Assembly: GCA_026416665.1 (NCBI GenBank)
Contig: JAOAET010000051.1
Coordinates: forward strand, 139,800 to 203,799
Reading direction: 5' to 3'
Source of the DNA: Candidatus Omnitrophota bacterium
GTDB lineage: Bacteria > Omnitrophota > Gorgyraeia > Gygaellales > Profunditerraquicolaceae
Length of the DNA: 64,000 bases
The notes beneath the pieces were generated by a model. The model was not told the origin of the DNA and ran no database searches. It saw nothing but the letters and a program-made list of their open reading frames with translations. The translations under genes and the position numbers were made by a program. Positions 29,273 to 40,332 of this stretch are shown here, one piece after another (the first letter of the stretch is position 1; every line of letters starts with the position of its first letter).

Positions 29273-30943
29273 TTAATCTCCTTTTTTTGCTTCGTAGGTT
29301 GAATAGTAGTAGGGTGTAAATGCCTGAAACTCGGCAGCACAAGTATCCACTAGTTTATATTGGGGATGTATCCCTAGATTTCTTCGTAAGGCTTCTATAT
29401 GCTCTGGAGGCATATTACGTAGTCGGGCAATCTGGATATCGCTAAAACCATATTCCTTTGCCTTGCGCAGTAAGGAAGGTTCTAGTTGCTTTTCTTGAAT
29501 TAACCTTTTTTCCAAATTAACTATCTCCTTTATATTATATAAAAACCAACGGTCTATCTTGGAGAGAGAATTTATTTCATCAATACCTATACCATACCGC
29601 ATTGCATCTGCAATATAAAATATCCGCTCAGGAGTAGCTACACGGACTTTATTCTTAAGAAATGTAATCAATTCCTCAGGCGATTTATCTTTCCACTCCG
29701 AAGGATTAATTAAAGAAACCAACCCTTCTTTCTTTATCTCAAGCGACCTTAGAGCCTTTTGTAGAGCTTCTTTGAAACTACGACCAATTGCCATAACCTC
29801 TCCAACAGATTTCATTGAAACCGTCAGTTCGCTGGATGCCTTAGGAAACTTCTCAAAGGTAAAACGCGGTATTTTCACGACGCAATAATCTATGGCAGGC
29901 TCAAAGCAAGCTGGTGTTTCCTTAGTTATGTCATTAGGTATCTCATCCAAAGTATAGCCCACTGCAAGTTTTGCTGCGATTTTTGCGATGGGAAATCCTG
30001 TGGCCTTAGAAGCTAAAGCAGAACTTCTTGATACGCGGGGGTTCATCTCAATAATTACACGACGACCAGTCTCCGGATTAACTGCAAATTGTATGTTTGA
30101 GCCTCCTGTTTCTACACCAATTGCTCTTATACATTTTATTGCATCATCGCGCATTTCTTGATATTCGCGGTCTGACAATGTCTGCTGTGGAGCAACGGTA
30201 ATACTATCTCCAGTATGTATCCCCATAGGGTCCAAATTCTCAATGGAACAGACAATCACCACATTATCTTTTTTATCCCGCATAACCTCTAATTCAAACT
30301 CTTTCCAACCAATTAGAGATTCTTCAATTAGGATTTCGGAAATCATACTTGCCTCAAGACCACGCTTAGCCAGTTCCTTAAACTCTTCTTTATTGTAGGC
30401 TATCGCACCACCTGTTCCACCCAGAGTAAAACTTGGTCTAATAATAAGGGGAAAACCTATTCGCTCAGCTACTTCTTGAGCCTGTTTAATATTATAGGCC
30501 TTATCACTTTTAGGAATGGCTATACCTACCTTCTGCATAGCCTTTTTAAAAAGCTGTCTGTCTTCTCCACGTTTAATTGCTGATATATTTGCGCCTATTG
30601 TCTCAACCTTATATTTTTCTAGCACACCTTTCTTAGATAAACACACAGCGAGATTAAGCGCGGTTTGTCCGCCTAAAGTAGGCAATAATGCATCTGGTCT
30701 TTCTCTTGCTATAATCTTTTCAATTGTCTGAGGTTCCAAAGGCTCAATATAAACACGTTGGGCGGTCTGTGGGTCAGTCATAATGGTAGCAGGATTAGAA
30801 TTAACTAATATTACAAAATATCCTTCTTTAGTAAGCACCCTACAAGCTTGTGTCCCTGAATAATCAAATTCACAGGCTTGTCCAATCACAATGGGTCCTG
30901 AGCCAAGAACTAAAATTTTATGAATATCGGTTCGTTTAGGCAT
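29273..30943 (-). CDS. carB: carbamoyl-phosphate synthase large subunit, N-terminal half only (split carB)
   Basis: 556 aa. [24 protein letters not shown] through the oligomerisation domain, ending ...[25 protein letters not shown] exactly at the junction with the second ATP-grasp half. Followed by terminators, not by the second half. Confidence 0.85.
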   Translation of the reverse strand: MPKRTDIHKILVLGSGPIVIGQACEFDYSGTQACRVLTKEGYFVILVNSNPATIMTDPQTAQRVYIEPLEPQTIEKIIARERPDALLPTLGGQTALNLAVCLSKKGVLEKYKVETIGANISAIKRGEDRQLFKKAMQKVGIAIPKSDKAYNIKQAQEVAERIGFPLIIRPSFTLGGTGGAIAYNKEEFKELAKRGLEASMISEILIEESLIGWKEFELEVMRDKKDNVVIVCSIENLDPMGIHTGDSITVAPQQTLSDREYQEMRDDAIKCIRAIGVETGGSNIQFAVNPETGRRVIIEMNPRVSRSSALASKATGFPIAKIAAKLAVGYTLDEIPNDITKETPACFEPAIDYCVVKIPRFTFEKFPKASSELTVSMKSVGEVMAIGRSFKEALQKALRSLEIKKEGLVSLINPSEWKDKSPEELITFLKNKVRVATPERIFYIADAMRYGIGIDEINSLSKIDRWFLYNIKEIVNLEKRLIQEKQLEPSLLRKAKEYGFSDIQIARLRNMPPEHIEALRRNLGIHPQYKLVDTCAAEFQAFTPYYYSTYEAKKGD

Positions 30944-32051
30944 ACCTTCTTTTCCTATAATTTTTTATTAATTGCACAAACTCATCAAAAAGATACCTTG
31001 CATCATGCGGACCTGGCCCAGCTTCGGGATGAAATTGTACCGAAAAAACAGGAAGCTTTTTATGGCGTATTCCCTCTAATGTATTATCATTTAAATTTAT
31101 ATGGGTCATCTCTAATTCTTTTTTATTGACGGTTGCCATATCAATACAAAAACCATGGTTTTGCACAGTAATAAATACTTTATTGTTGCGTAGGTCTTTT
31201 ACAGGGTGGTTCCCACCGTGATGGCCAAATTTAAGTTTATAAGTTTTTGCACCCAAAGCTAGCCCAATCATCTGTTGTCCTAAGCATATACCAAATATAG
31301 GAACTTTACCTATTAGTTTCCTTACTGTTTCATATACATAAGGCACAGCTGCGGGGTCTCCTGGACCATTAGAAAGAAGCACTCCATCAGGGTTATATTT
31401 GAGAATATCTTCATCAGTAGAAGTTGCAGGAACCACAAAAACCCAACATCCCCGTTTATGAAGTTCCCAGAGCGTAGAATACTTAACACCGCAATCTACC
31501 ACTACCACCTTAAAAGCTTTTGCAGAGATACTTTTATTCAATGAGGCAGCCCAAATATAGGTTTTATTGATAGTAACCTCTTTTACTAAATCTATACCAA
31601 CTAATCCTTTACTCTGACGCGCTTTCTCTACCAGACTTTTTTTATCGTAATCTTGTGTTGATAACACCGCCTTAAGTGCTCCTTTTTGGCGAATATGTAA
31701 TGTGAGTTCCCTGGTATCAACTGCTTCTATGCCAAGGATATTATACTGTTTCAAATAGTCAGCAAGGGTTATTTGACTACGCCAATTACTTGCACATTTA
31801 GAATACTCTTTTACTACCAAACCCTCTAAAAAAGGACGTCTTGATTCAGCATCTTCTGAATTTATGCCGTAGTTTCCTATAAGTGGATAAGTCATAGTAA
31901 CAATTTGCCCTTTGTAAGAAGGGTCGGTGATTATTTCTTGATAGCCACTCATAGATGTATTAAAAACAATTTCACCATAACACTCTCCTTCTGCACCAAA
32001 CGACTCACCACTAATTACAAAACCATCTTCTAAAGCAAGAAATGCTTTCAT
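30936..32051 (-). CDS. carA: carbamoyl-phosphate synthase small (glutaminase) subunit
   Basis: 371 aa. Class I GATase catalytic Cys in FGICLGQQ. 8-nt overlap with carB. Confidence 0.85.
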   Translation of the reverse strand: MKAFLALEDGFVISGESFGAEGECYGEIVFNTSMSGYQEIITDPSYKGQIVTMTYPLIGNYGINSEDAESRRPFLEGLVVKEYSKCASNWRSQITLADYLKQYNILGIEAVDTRELTLHIRQKGALKAVLSTQDYDKKSLVEKARQSKGLVGIDLVKEVTINKTYIWAASLNKSISAKAFKVVVVDCGVKYSTLWELHKRGCWVFVVPATSTDEDILKYNPDGVLLSNGPGDPAAVPYVYETVRKLIGKVPIFGICLGQQMIGLALGAKTYKLKFGHHGGNHPVKDLRNNKVFITVQNHGFCIDMATVNKKELEMTHINLNDNTLEGIRHKKLPVFSVQFHPEAGPGPHDARYLFDEFVQLIKNYRKRRYA

Positions 32052-32086
32052 AAAAAACCTCTTTATTTTCTTGTATTAAGATTATG

Positions 32087-33718
<1,632 letters not shown>

Positions 33719-33732
33719 TTAGCTCCTTATTT

Positions 33733-33778
33733 AACAAAAAACGGCGTTTATGGGATATTCCCTTTCCCCAAAAACGCC
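33733..33778 (-). terminator. terminator-like hairpin in the pyrG 5' leader (candidate attenuator)
   Basis: Minus strand: GGCGTTT, 22-nt loop (itself containing GGGAATATCCC), AAACGCC, then GTTTTTTGTT and SD AGGAG before the ATG. Confidence 0.45.
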
Positions 33779-33798
33779 TTTGTTTTCGGTCTGGTACT

Positions 33799-33827
33799 AT
33801 TATATTCTTCTTTTACCTGTAGGTCAA
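33799..33827 (-). promoter_or_regulatory. candidate sigma70 promoter for pyrG-carA-carB'
   Basis: Minus strand: TTGACC (plus 33822-33827), 17 nt, TATAAT (plus 33799-33804). Predicted start ~80 nt upstream of the pyrG ATG. Confidence 0.5.
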
Positions 33828-33863
33828 TTTTTTTATAAAAAATTTTAACCAACCAAACTGTCT

Positions 33864-35303
33864 TTACATTACTAACAGGTTACTCTTACCCATAAGATAA
33901 GTATCAATAGCATAGGCACAACGACGTGCATCTGCGATAGCCCACACTACCAAAGACTGTCCTCTACGCATGTCGCCACAAGAAAAAACGTTTTTACAAG
34001 AGGTCATATACCTTTCATCTGTCTTGATGTTCCCTTTTTGGTCAAGAGCAAGCCCTAACTGTTTTACAATCCCTTCATGTTCTGTATGTAAAAATCCTAC
34101 GCAAATGAATACAAGGTCAGCTTCTAACTCAAATTCTGAACCAGGGATTTCTTCCATAACTAAACAACCCTCTTCATTATACTTATATTCCAAACGTTTA
34201 CATTTAATCTTTCTTACCTGTGTATCTCCAATAAATTCCTTAGTAAGAACTGACCACATACGCTCACCACCTTCTTGGTGGCTACTTGAAACTTTTAAGG
34301 TCATCGGATAAGTTGGCCAAGGCATACTTTCGGTTCTACACGACGGTGGTTTGGGCATAATTTCAAGTTGCACTACGCATTGCGCTCCTTGACGGTGTGC
34401 AGTGCCCACACAATCAGCGCCGGTATCTCCTCCACCAATTACCACTACTTTTTTACCTCGGGCATCAATAATTTCATTTTCTTTTATCTGCTGGCCAGCT
34501 ACTCTTCTATTTACTTGAGTAAGATAATCCATTGCAAAATAAATACCTTTAAGTTGCCTTCCCGGGATTAAGATATCGCGGGGTTTACGACAACCACAAC
34601 AAAGACAGGTAACATCAAATTCTTGTAACAGTCGCCCTACAGAGTAATCTTTACCTACTTCTACTTTTGTTTTAAAAATGATTCCTTCTTTTTCCCATAG
34701 ACTAATACGGCGGTCTAATATATGCTTCTCTAACTTAAAATCAGGTATACCATACCGAAGTATTCCTCCGATTTTATCATCCCGTTCAAATACAGTAACT
34801 TTATGTCCTGCGCAATTTAACTGGTCTGCCAACGCCAACCCTGCCGGACCAGACCCTACTATTGCTATAGATTTTCCTGTTCTTCTTTTAGGAGTGCAAG
34901 GATTTATGTATCCTTCTTTAAAAGCACGTTCTATGATATCTAACTCATTATCACGAATTGTTACTGGCTCATCATTAATACCCAAAACACAGGCATATTC
35001 ACAAAGCGCAGGACAAACCCTTCCAGTAACATCAGCTAAAGGATTGGTGGCTACCAACAACTTCAATGCCTCTTTCCATTGATTACGATAAACAAGGTCA
35101 TTTGTCTCTGGAATATAGTTTCCTAATGGGCAACCATAATGGCAAAAAGGTGTCCCACAGTCCATACACCGAGAAGCCTGTTGTTTTGTCTGTTCACTAG
35201 AACGCTCAAGGGCTATCTGGCTATAATCTTTAATCCTCTCACAAACAGGACGATAACCTCGTTCCTTACGTTTAATTTTTAGAAATCCTCTGGGGTCAGC
35301 CAT
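33864..35303 (-). CDS. gltD: glutamate synthase (NADPH) small subunit
   Basis: 479 aa. N-terminal Cys clusters. FAD site IAIVGSGPAGLALADQL. Immediately downstream of gltB. Confidence 0.8.
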   Translation of the reverse strand: MADPRGFLKIKRKERGYRPVCERIKDYSQIALERSSEQTKQQASRCMDCGTPFCHYGCPLGNYIPETNDLVYRNQWKEALKLLVATNPLADVTGRVCPALCEYACVLGINDEPVTIRDNELDIIERAFKEGYINPCTPKRRTGKSIAIVGSGPAGLALADQLNCAGHKVTVFERDDKIGGILRYGIPDFKLEKHILDRRISLWEKEGIIFKTKVEVGKDYSVGRLLQEFDVTCLCCGCRKPRDILIPGRQLKGIYFAMDYLTQVNRRVAGQQIKENEIIDARGKKVVVIGGGDTGADCVGTAHRQGAQCVVQLEIMPKPPSCRTESMPWPTYPMTLKVSSSHQEGGERMWSVLTKEFIGDTQVRKIKCKRLEYKYNEEGCLVMEEIPGSEFELEADLVFICVGFLHTEHEGIVKQLGLALDQKGNIKTDERYMTSCKNVFSCGDMRRGQSLVVWAIADARRCAYAIDTYLMGKSNLLVM

Positions 35304-35326
35304 ATCTTGTTTCTACTTTAATAAAT

Positions 35327-38300
35327 TTATCCCTCTGTTTGTTCTATTAAAGCTGCTTCTGTTTTTTGACTTTCTAAAATACGTTTATACTCTAAAGGCA
35401 TCACTTTAACAAAATAATCTTTTTCTACACTAAAGTTATCTAATATCTTCCTGGCAAGAGAACTCTGAGTATAGCGGTAGTGATTACTCAACAATCTTTG
35501 CAGCAAAGATTGATCAGTTATATCAATTTTTTCTAGATTTACCATCTCGAAATTACAGAAGTTTCGGAATTTGTTTTCAGGGTCATATACATAGGCAATC
35601 CCTCCAGACATACCAGCAGCAAAATTACGACCCGTCTTTCCTAAGATAATTACTCTTCCACCGGTCATGTATTCACAACCATGGTCACCAACGCCTTCAA
35701 CCACTGCTAACATACCTGAGTTTCTTATTGCAAAACGTTCTCCGGCACAACCCCTAATATACGCCTCTCCGCTGGTTGCACCATAGAATGTAGTATTTCC
35801 AATAATAATATTTTTATGCGCCTGGTAAGTAACCTCTTTACCCGGGTAAATAATAATCCTGCCACCTGAAAGACCTTTTCCTACATAGTCATTTGCCATT
35901 CCTTCTAACTCAAACACCACACCGGGACACAAGAAAGCTCCGAAACTTTGTCCCGCAACACCGTAAAATTTGCAGTGGATAGTATCATCACTTAGCCCAT
36001 ATTCACCAAAACGCTTACAGAGATAACCACTTAACATTGCCCCTACTGCTCGTTGTGAGTTATCTATCGGTAAACTAATCTGCACCTGACTTTTCTTTTC
36101 CAACTGTTCTTTAACATTTTCAATAATAGTTTTGTCCAAGACTTTTTCCAGATTGTGTTGTTGTGCAATGGAACAATAAACCGTCTCTTTCTCAGCAACA
36201 GGGGGCTGATATAAGATAGTTGAAAGGTCCAGATTTTTTGCCTTCCATGGCAACCTGTCTTTGTTTACAACCAGCATATCACTTCTTCCAACCATTTCAT
36301 CAATAGTTCGAAAACCTAACTCTGCCATAATTGCACGTAGTTCCTCAACAATAAAATGGAAGTAGTTAATTAAATGTTCAGGACGACCAGCAAATTTCTT
36401 CTCTAAAACTTCTTCCTGAGTTGCTATACCCACAGCACAGGTGTTAAGATTACAGTGTCTTAACATCACACAACCCAAACAAACAAGTACTGCTGAAGCA
36501 AATCCGAATTCCTCAGCTCCTAATAAACAGGCAATAGCCACATCTCTACCCGTTCGTAAACCACCATCTACCTGTAACCTTACCCGGCTACGAAGGTTAT
36601 TTAAAATAAGTGTCTGGTGGGTTTCAGAAAGCCCCAGCTCCCAAGGTAATCCCGCATGCTTAATAGAACTCCAAGGAGAAGCACCTGTTCCACCTTCTCC
36701 TCCAGAAATTAGTATCATATCTGCATGGGCTTTTGCAACCCCTGCGGCAACGGTACCTACTCCTACTTCAGAAACAAGCTTTACACTGATACGCGCACAA
36801 GGATTAACATTTTTTAAATCAAAAATCAGTTGGGCAAGGTCTTCAATAGAATAAATATCATGATGTGGTGGCGGTGAGATAAGGGTCACTCCTGGTGTAG
36901 TATACCGAGTAGCAGCTATCACTGCACTTACTTTATGTCCAGGCAATTGGCCACCCTCACCTGGCTTTGCCCCTTGGCATATCTTTATCTGAATTTCTTC
37001 GGCATTTACTAAATAGTTACAGGTAACGCCAAAACGCCCTGAGGCAACCTGTTTAACTGCGCTACACAAGCTATCTCCGTTGGGTAATGGATGAAAACGC
37101 GCAGGGTCTTCACCACCTTCTCCAGAATTGGAATGTGCCTTCATCCTATTCATGGCAATTGCAATCGTCCGATGACAGGCACCGCTTATTGATCCAAAAC
37201 TCATTGCCCCTGAATAGAACCTGGTAATAATTTTCTCAAACGGTTCTACTTCTTCAATAGGAACAGGCGGTTGAGAAGTCTTGAAATCAAATAAACTGCG
37301 TAAAGTTACTGGCTGTGTTGCTTGATTATTCACCAATTGCGCAAAGGCCTTGTACTTCTCAAGAGAATTCTTACGCACCGCCTCATGTAGCAAAGTAATC
37401 GTATCTGGATTCCAAAGATGGTATTCTCCATCCCTGCGGTAATGGTAATACCCTCCTGTGGGCAATATATTTTCTTCCTTTTGAGGTGATTCCTTTGAAA
37501 ATGCCTCAGTGTGCCTTAGAAGTGTCTCCTGGCAAAGCACCGTAAAATCTGCTCCGCTGAGTCTTGAGACAGTGCCTCTAAAACATCTTTCAATAACTTG
37601 TTGATGTAGTCCCAATGCCTCAAATATCTGTGCACCACGATAGCTCTGTAGAGTAGAAATTCCCATCTTGGAAAGAATTTTTTGTAATCCTTTATGTAAC
37701 GCCTTACGATAATTGGCAATTGCCTGTTCCTCGGAGATATTCAATGTCTCTTCTTGTGCCATTAGCTTGGCTACTTCATATGCTAAATAAGGATTTACAC
37801 AATCTGCTCCATAACCAAACAGAAGAGCAATATGATGAGTCTGACGCGGTTCTCCGCTTTCAATTATGATTCCGATTCGGGTGCGCAAACACTTTTCTAT
37901 AAGGTAATGGTGAACTGCTCCACAGGCAAGAAGGGCTGACAAGGCAGCTTTTTGTTCATTGATTCCTCGGTCACTTAAAATAATAAAACTATAACCCTCT
38001 TCAATGGCCTTTTCTGCCTGCTGGCAGATTCCTTCTAAAGCGTTAAGAAAATTATCTTTATCGCTGTTATCAAACAGTAAAGAGATTGTTTTGGTTTTAA
38101 AAGAATTGATTTTTATATTACGAATTTTCTCAAGCTCGCTGTTTGTCAAAATTGGCTCTTCCACAAATAACTTATGACAATTATTGGCATCTTCTTCAAG
38201 AAAATTGCCTTCTGGTCCAAGATAAGTTGCCAAAGACATTACTATCTCTTCTCTTATATGATCGATAGCGGGGTTAGTTACTTGAGCAAAGAGCTGTTTG

Positions 38301-39883
38301 AAATAAGAATATAGTAATTGTGGTTTCTTTGATAGGACTGCACAGGGTGTGTCATCTCCCATAGAACCTACCGGTTCTTGGGCAGTCTCAACCATTGGTT
38401 TCAGAATAAGTCTCAGCTCCTCTCTGGTATAACCAAATGTTTTTAAAAGCTTTCCGATTTCTACTTCTTTAGGCTTTTCATCTTGAGACAAATAGGGTAC
38501 TTGTTTCAAATTAATAAGATACTTAGCACACCATTGCCCATAGGGTCTCTTTGCAGCAATTATACTTTTAAGTTCATTATCTTCAATTATTCTTTTCTTT
38601 TGAGTATCAATAAAAAATATCTTACCGGGTTCAAGCCTACCTGAAGTAAGAATATCTCTTGGAGGAACATCTATCACACCTACCTCTGAAGCCATAATAA
38701 CGTGATTGTCTTTGGTCTGAATATATCTACAAGGACGCAATCCATTGCGGTCTAAAGCCGAAGCTATATTTACTCCATCGGTAACCACTAATGCTGCAGG
38801 TCCATCCCATGGTTCTGCGATACAAGCATGGTAGCGATAAAAATGCCGAATCTGCTCGGGCATATCGTGCATCTTCTCCCACGCCGCAGGAACAAGCATC
38901 ATTAATGCATGTGCAAGTGACCTTCCATTTAATACCAATAACTCAAGGACATTATCTAAGGCAGCGGAATCACTACCCCCAGGAACAATCACAGGTTTCA
39001 ACCATTCAATATCTTTTCCGAAATAACTACTTGAAAGTTGACCTTCTCGAGAATGCATCCAGTTAATATTACCCCTTAAGGTATTTATTTCACCATTATG
39101 GGCCAGAAATCGCATCGGCTGTGCCCTATCCCACGAAGGAAAAGTATTGGTAGAATAGCGTGAGTGCACTACTACCAGTGCCGAAGTTATTCGTTTATCC
39201 TTTAAATCAGGGAAGTAATCTTCAAGCTGATGAGGCATTAAAAGTCCTTTATAACAAAGAGTCCTTGAGGAAAGATTAGTAATGTAAAAACATTCATCCT
39301 CTGGTAACTTACCTGTTAAGAGTTTCTCTATTTTCTTTCTAATAAGATACAGTCTTCTCTCAAAAACGAGGGGGTCTTTTTTGTTTTGTTTATCAATGGT
39401 GTTTTTTGCAATGAAGACTTGCTCAATAACCGGCTGAGTATTTTTTGCTATTTTTCCTATATTTGTGTCATCAATAGGAACCTTGCGCCAACCTAAAAGA
39501 GTAGCGCCTGTTTCTTTAACCACAGAAGCAAATACTTGTTTACAAAATTCTCTTTTCTCTTTAGAACGAGGCAAGAACACTAATCCTGTGCCATATTCGG
39601 CGTTCTCGGGTAAATTGATTTTGTTTTTCTGACACTCTTCTAAAAGAAACTCATGAGGAATCTGTAATAAAATACCTGCACCGTCTCCTGTCTTAGGATC
39701 AGCACCAGTTGCTCCGCGATGGCTCAAACGGCGAAGCACCTCAAGACCATCCTCTATAATTTTGTGAGAACGCCTACCCTGAACATCACAGACAAAACCT
39801 ACTCCACAGGAATCTCGTTCAAAAGAATAGTCATAAAGTCCTTGTCTTGCGGGGAAACCATAGGGTTTCATAGTACTTTCCAT
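35327..39883 (-). CDS. gltB: glutamate synthase large subunit
   Basis: ~1515 aa. N-terminal amidotransferase Cys in CGVGFV. FMN and GXGXG C-terminal domains. The true start is probably the internal Met at 39871-39873 (MKPYGF), which abuts the upstream gene's stop. Confidence 0.9.
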   Translation of the reverse strand: MESTMKPYGFPARQGLYDYSFERDSCGVGFVCDVQGRRSHKIIEDGLEVLRRLSHRGATGADPKTGDGAGILLQIPHEFLLEECQKNKINLPENAEYGTGLVFLPRSKEKREFCKQVFASVVKETGATLLGWRKVPIDDTNIGKIAKNTQPVIEQVFIAKNTIDKQNKKDPLVFERRLYLIRKKIEKLLTGKLPEDECFYITNLSSRTLCYKGLLMPHQLEDYFPDLKDKRITSALVVVHSRYSTNTFPSWDRAQPMRFLAHNGEINTLRGNINWMHSREGQLSSSYFGKDIEWLKPVIVPGGSDSAALDNVLELLVLNGRSLAHALMMLVPAAWEKMHDMPEQIRHFYRYHACIAEPWDGPAALVVTDGVNIASALDRNGLRPCRYIQTKDNHVIMASEVGVIDVPPRDILTSGRLEPGKIFFIDTQKKRIIEDNELKSIIAAKRPYGQWCAKYLINLKQVPYLSQDEKPKEVEIGKLLKTFGYTREELRLILKPMVETAQEPVGSMGDDTPCAVLSKKPQLLYSYFKQLFAQVTNPAIDHIREEIVMSLATYLGPEGNFLEEDANNCHKLFVEEPILTNSELEKIRNIKINSFKTKTISLLFDNSDKDNFLNALEGICQQAEKAIEEGYSFIILSDRGINEQKAALSALLACGAVHHYLIEKCLRTRIGIIIESGEPRQTHHIALLFGYGADCVNPYLAYEVAKLMAQEETLNISEEQAIANYRKALHKGLQKILSKMGISTLQSYRGAQIFEALGLHQQVIERCFRGTVSRLSGADFTVLCQETLLRHTEAFSKESPQKEENILPTGGYYHYRRDGEYHLWNPDTITLLHEAVRKNSLEKYKAFAQLVNNQATQPVTLRSLFDFKTSQPPVPIEEVEPFEKIITRFYSGAMSFGSISGACHRTIAIAMNRMKAHSNSGEGGEDPARFHPLPNGDSLCSAVKQVASGRFGVTCNYLVNAEEIQIKICQGAKPGEGGQLPGHKVSAVIAATRYTTPGVTLISPPPHHDIYSIEDLAQLIFDLKNVNPCARISVKLVSEVGVGTVAAGVAKAHADMILISGGEGGTGASPWSSIKHAGLPWELGLSETHQTLILNNLRSRVRLQVDGGLRTGRDVAIACLLGAEEFGFASAVLVCLGCVMLRHCNLNTCAVGIATQEEVLEKKFAGRPEHLINYFHFIVEELRAIMAELGFRTIDEMVGRSDMLVVNKDRLPWKAKNLDLSTILYQPPVAEKETVYCSIAQQHNLEKVLDKTIIENVKEQLEKKSQVQISLPIDNSQRAVGAMLSGYLCKRFGEYGLSDDTIHCKFYGVAGQSFGAFLCPGVVFELEGMANDYVGKGLSGGRIIIYPGKEVTYQAHKNIIIGNTTFYGATSGEAYIRGCAGERFAIRNSGMLAVVEGVGDHGCEYMTGGRVIILGKTGRNFAAGMSGGIAYVYDPENKFRNFCNFEMVNLEKIDITDQSLLQRLLSNHYRYTQSSLARKILDNFSVEKDYFVKVMPLEYKRILESQKTEAALIEQTEG

Positions 39884-40248
39884 TTTATCGGTTGAATGTT
39901 GTGTTTACGAATTTTCGCACGCAAGGTATTACGATTAACACCCAGAATCTTTGCTGCCTGTAACTGATTACCAAATGTCCTGCACAAGACGTATTCAAAT
40001 AAATTTTTCTCAATGTACCCAATTATTGCTTTATACAGATTACCTTTTCTTTCCTGATAAAGTAGCTCTAACTTGTCTATTAGTTTTTCTTCAAAATTAA
40101 CTAGTGAACGTATTTCTTGCCCTTCTAAAATTTGGATGACATCTTCGTTTTTTTTTATACTGACTACAGCATTAGTCTTTACAGATAGAATAGTTGAAAT
40201 TAAATGGTATATACGCTTTTCCTTTTCTGTGCAAAAAACAGTAATCAT
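39868..40248 (-). CDS. small Fis-family HTH DNA-binding protein (putative nitrogen-cluster regulator)
   Basis: 126 aa. C-terminal Fis/NtrC-type HTH GNQLQAAKILGVNRNTLRAKIRKHNI. N-terminal 80 aa of unknown fold. First gene of the gltB-gltD unit. Confidence 0.6.
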   Translation of the reverse strand: MITVFCTEKEKRIYHLISTILSVKTNAVVSIKKNEDVIQILEGQEIRSLVNFEEKLIDKLELLYQERKGNLYKAIIGYIEKNLFEYVLCRTFGNQLQAAKILGVNRNTLRAKIRKHNIQPIKWKVL

Positions 40249-40265
40249 TTTTTTTGAACACTCTC

Positions 40266-40282
40266 TGCCTAATAATTAGGCA
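40266..40282. promoter_or_regulatory. perfect 17-bp palindrome TGCCTAATAATTAGGCA 18 nt upstream of the Fis-like gene start (candidate operator)
   Basis: Seen directly in sequence. T-run on the plus side only. Lies in the glnN/gltB intergenic region. Confidence 0.4.
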
Positions 40283-40332
40283 CAATTTTTTAAAAAACAA
40301 ACTCTTCATCACGCAACTACTTCATAAGAGTA

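Noticed and set aside
29244-29280. Plus-strand TTGACA...AAATAT promoter-like motif just past the carB stop
   Set aside because: Would transcribe antisense into carB. No downstream plus-strand ORF. Likely chance in AT-rich DNA.
34678-35082. 134-aa plus-strand ORF inside gltD, plus other 60-124-aa ORFs antisense to hydB, hydA, nadE and carB (e.g. 58253..58627, 28009..28194, 30516..30731)
   Set aside because: All are embedded antisense in well-supported genes. No independent signals.
36441-36854. 137-aa plus-strand ORF inside gltB
   Set aside because: Antisense to a highly conserved enzyme gene. Low-complexity S/P/A-rich translation.
40073-40279. 68-aa plus-strand ORF overlapping the Fis-like gene and the 17-bp palindrome
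   Set aside because: Antisense overlap with a motif-bearing gene. More parsimonious that the region is regulatory.
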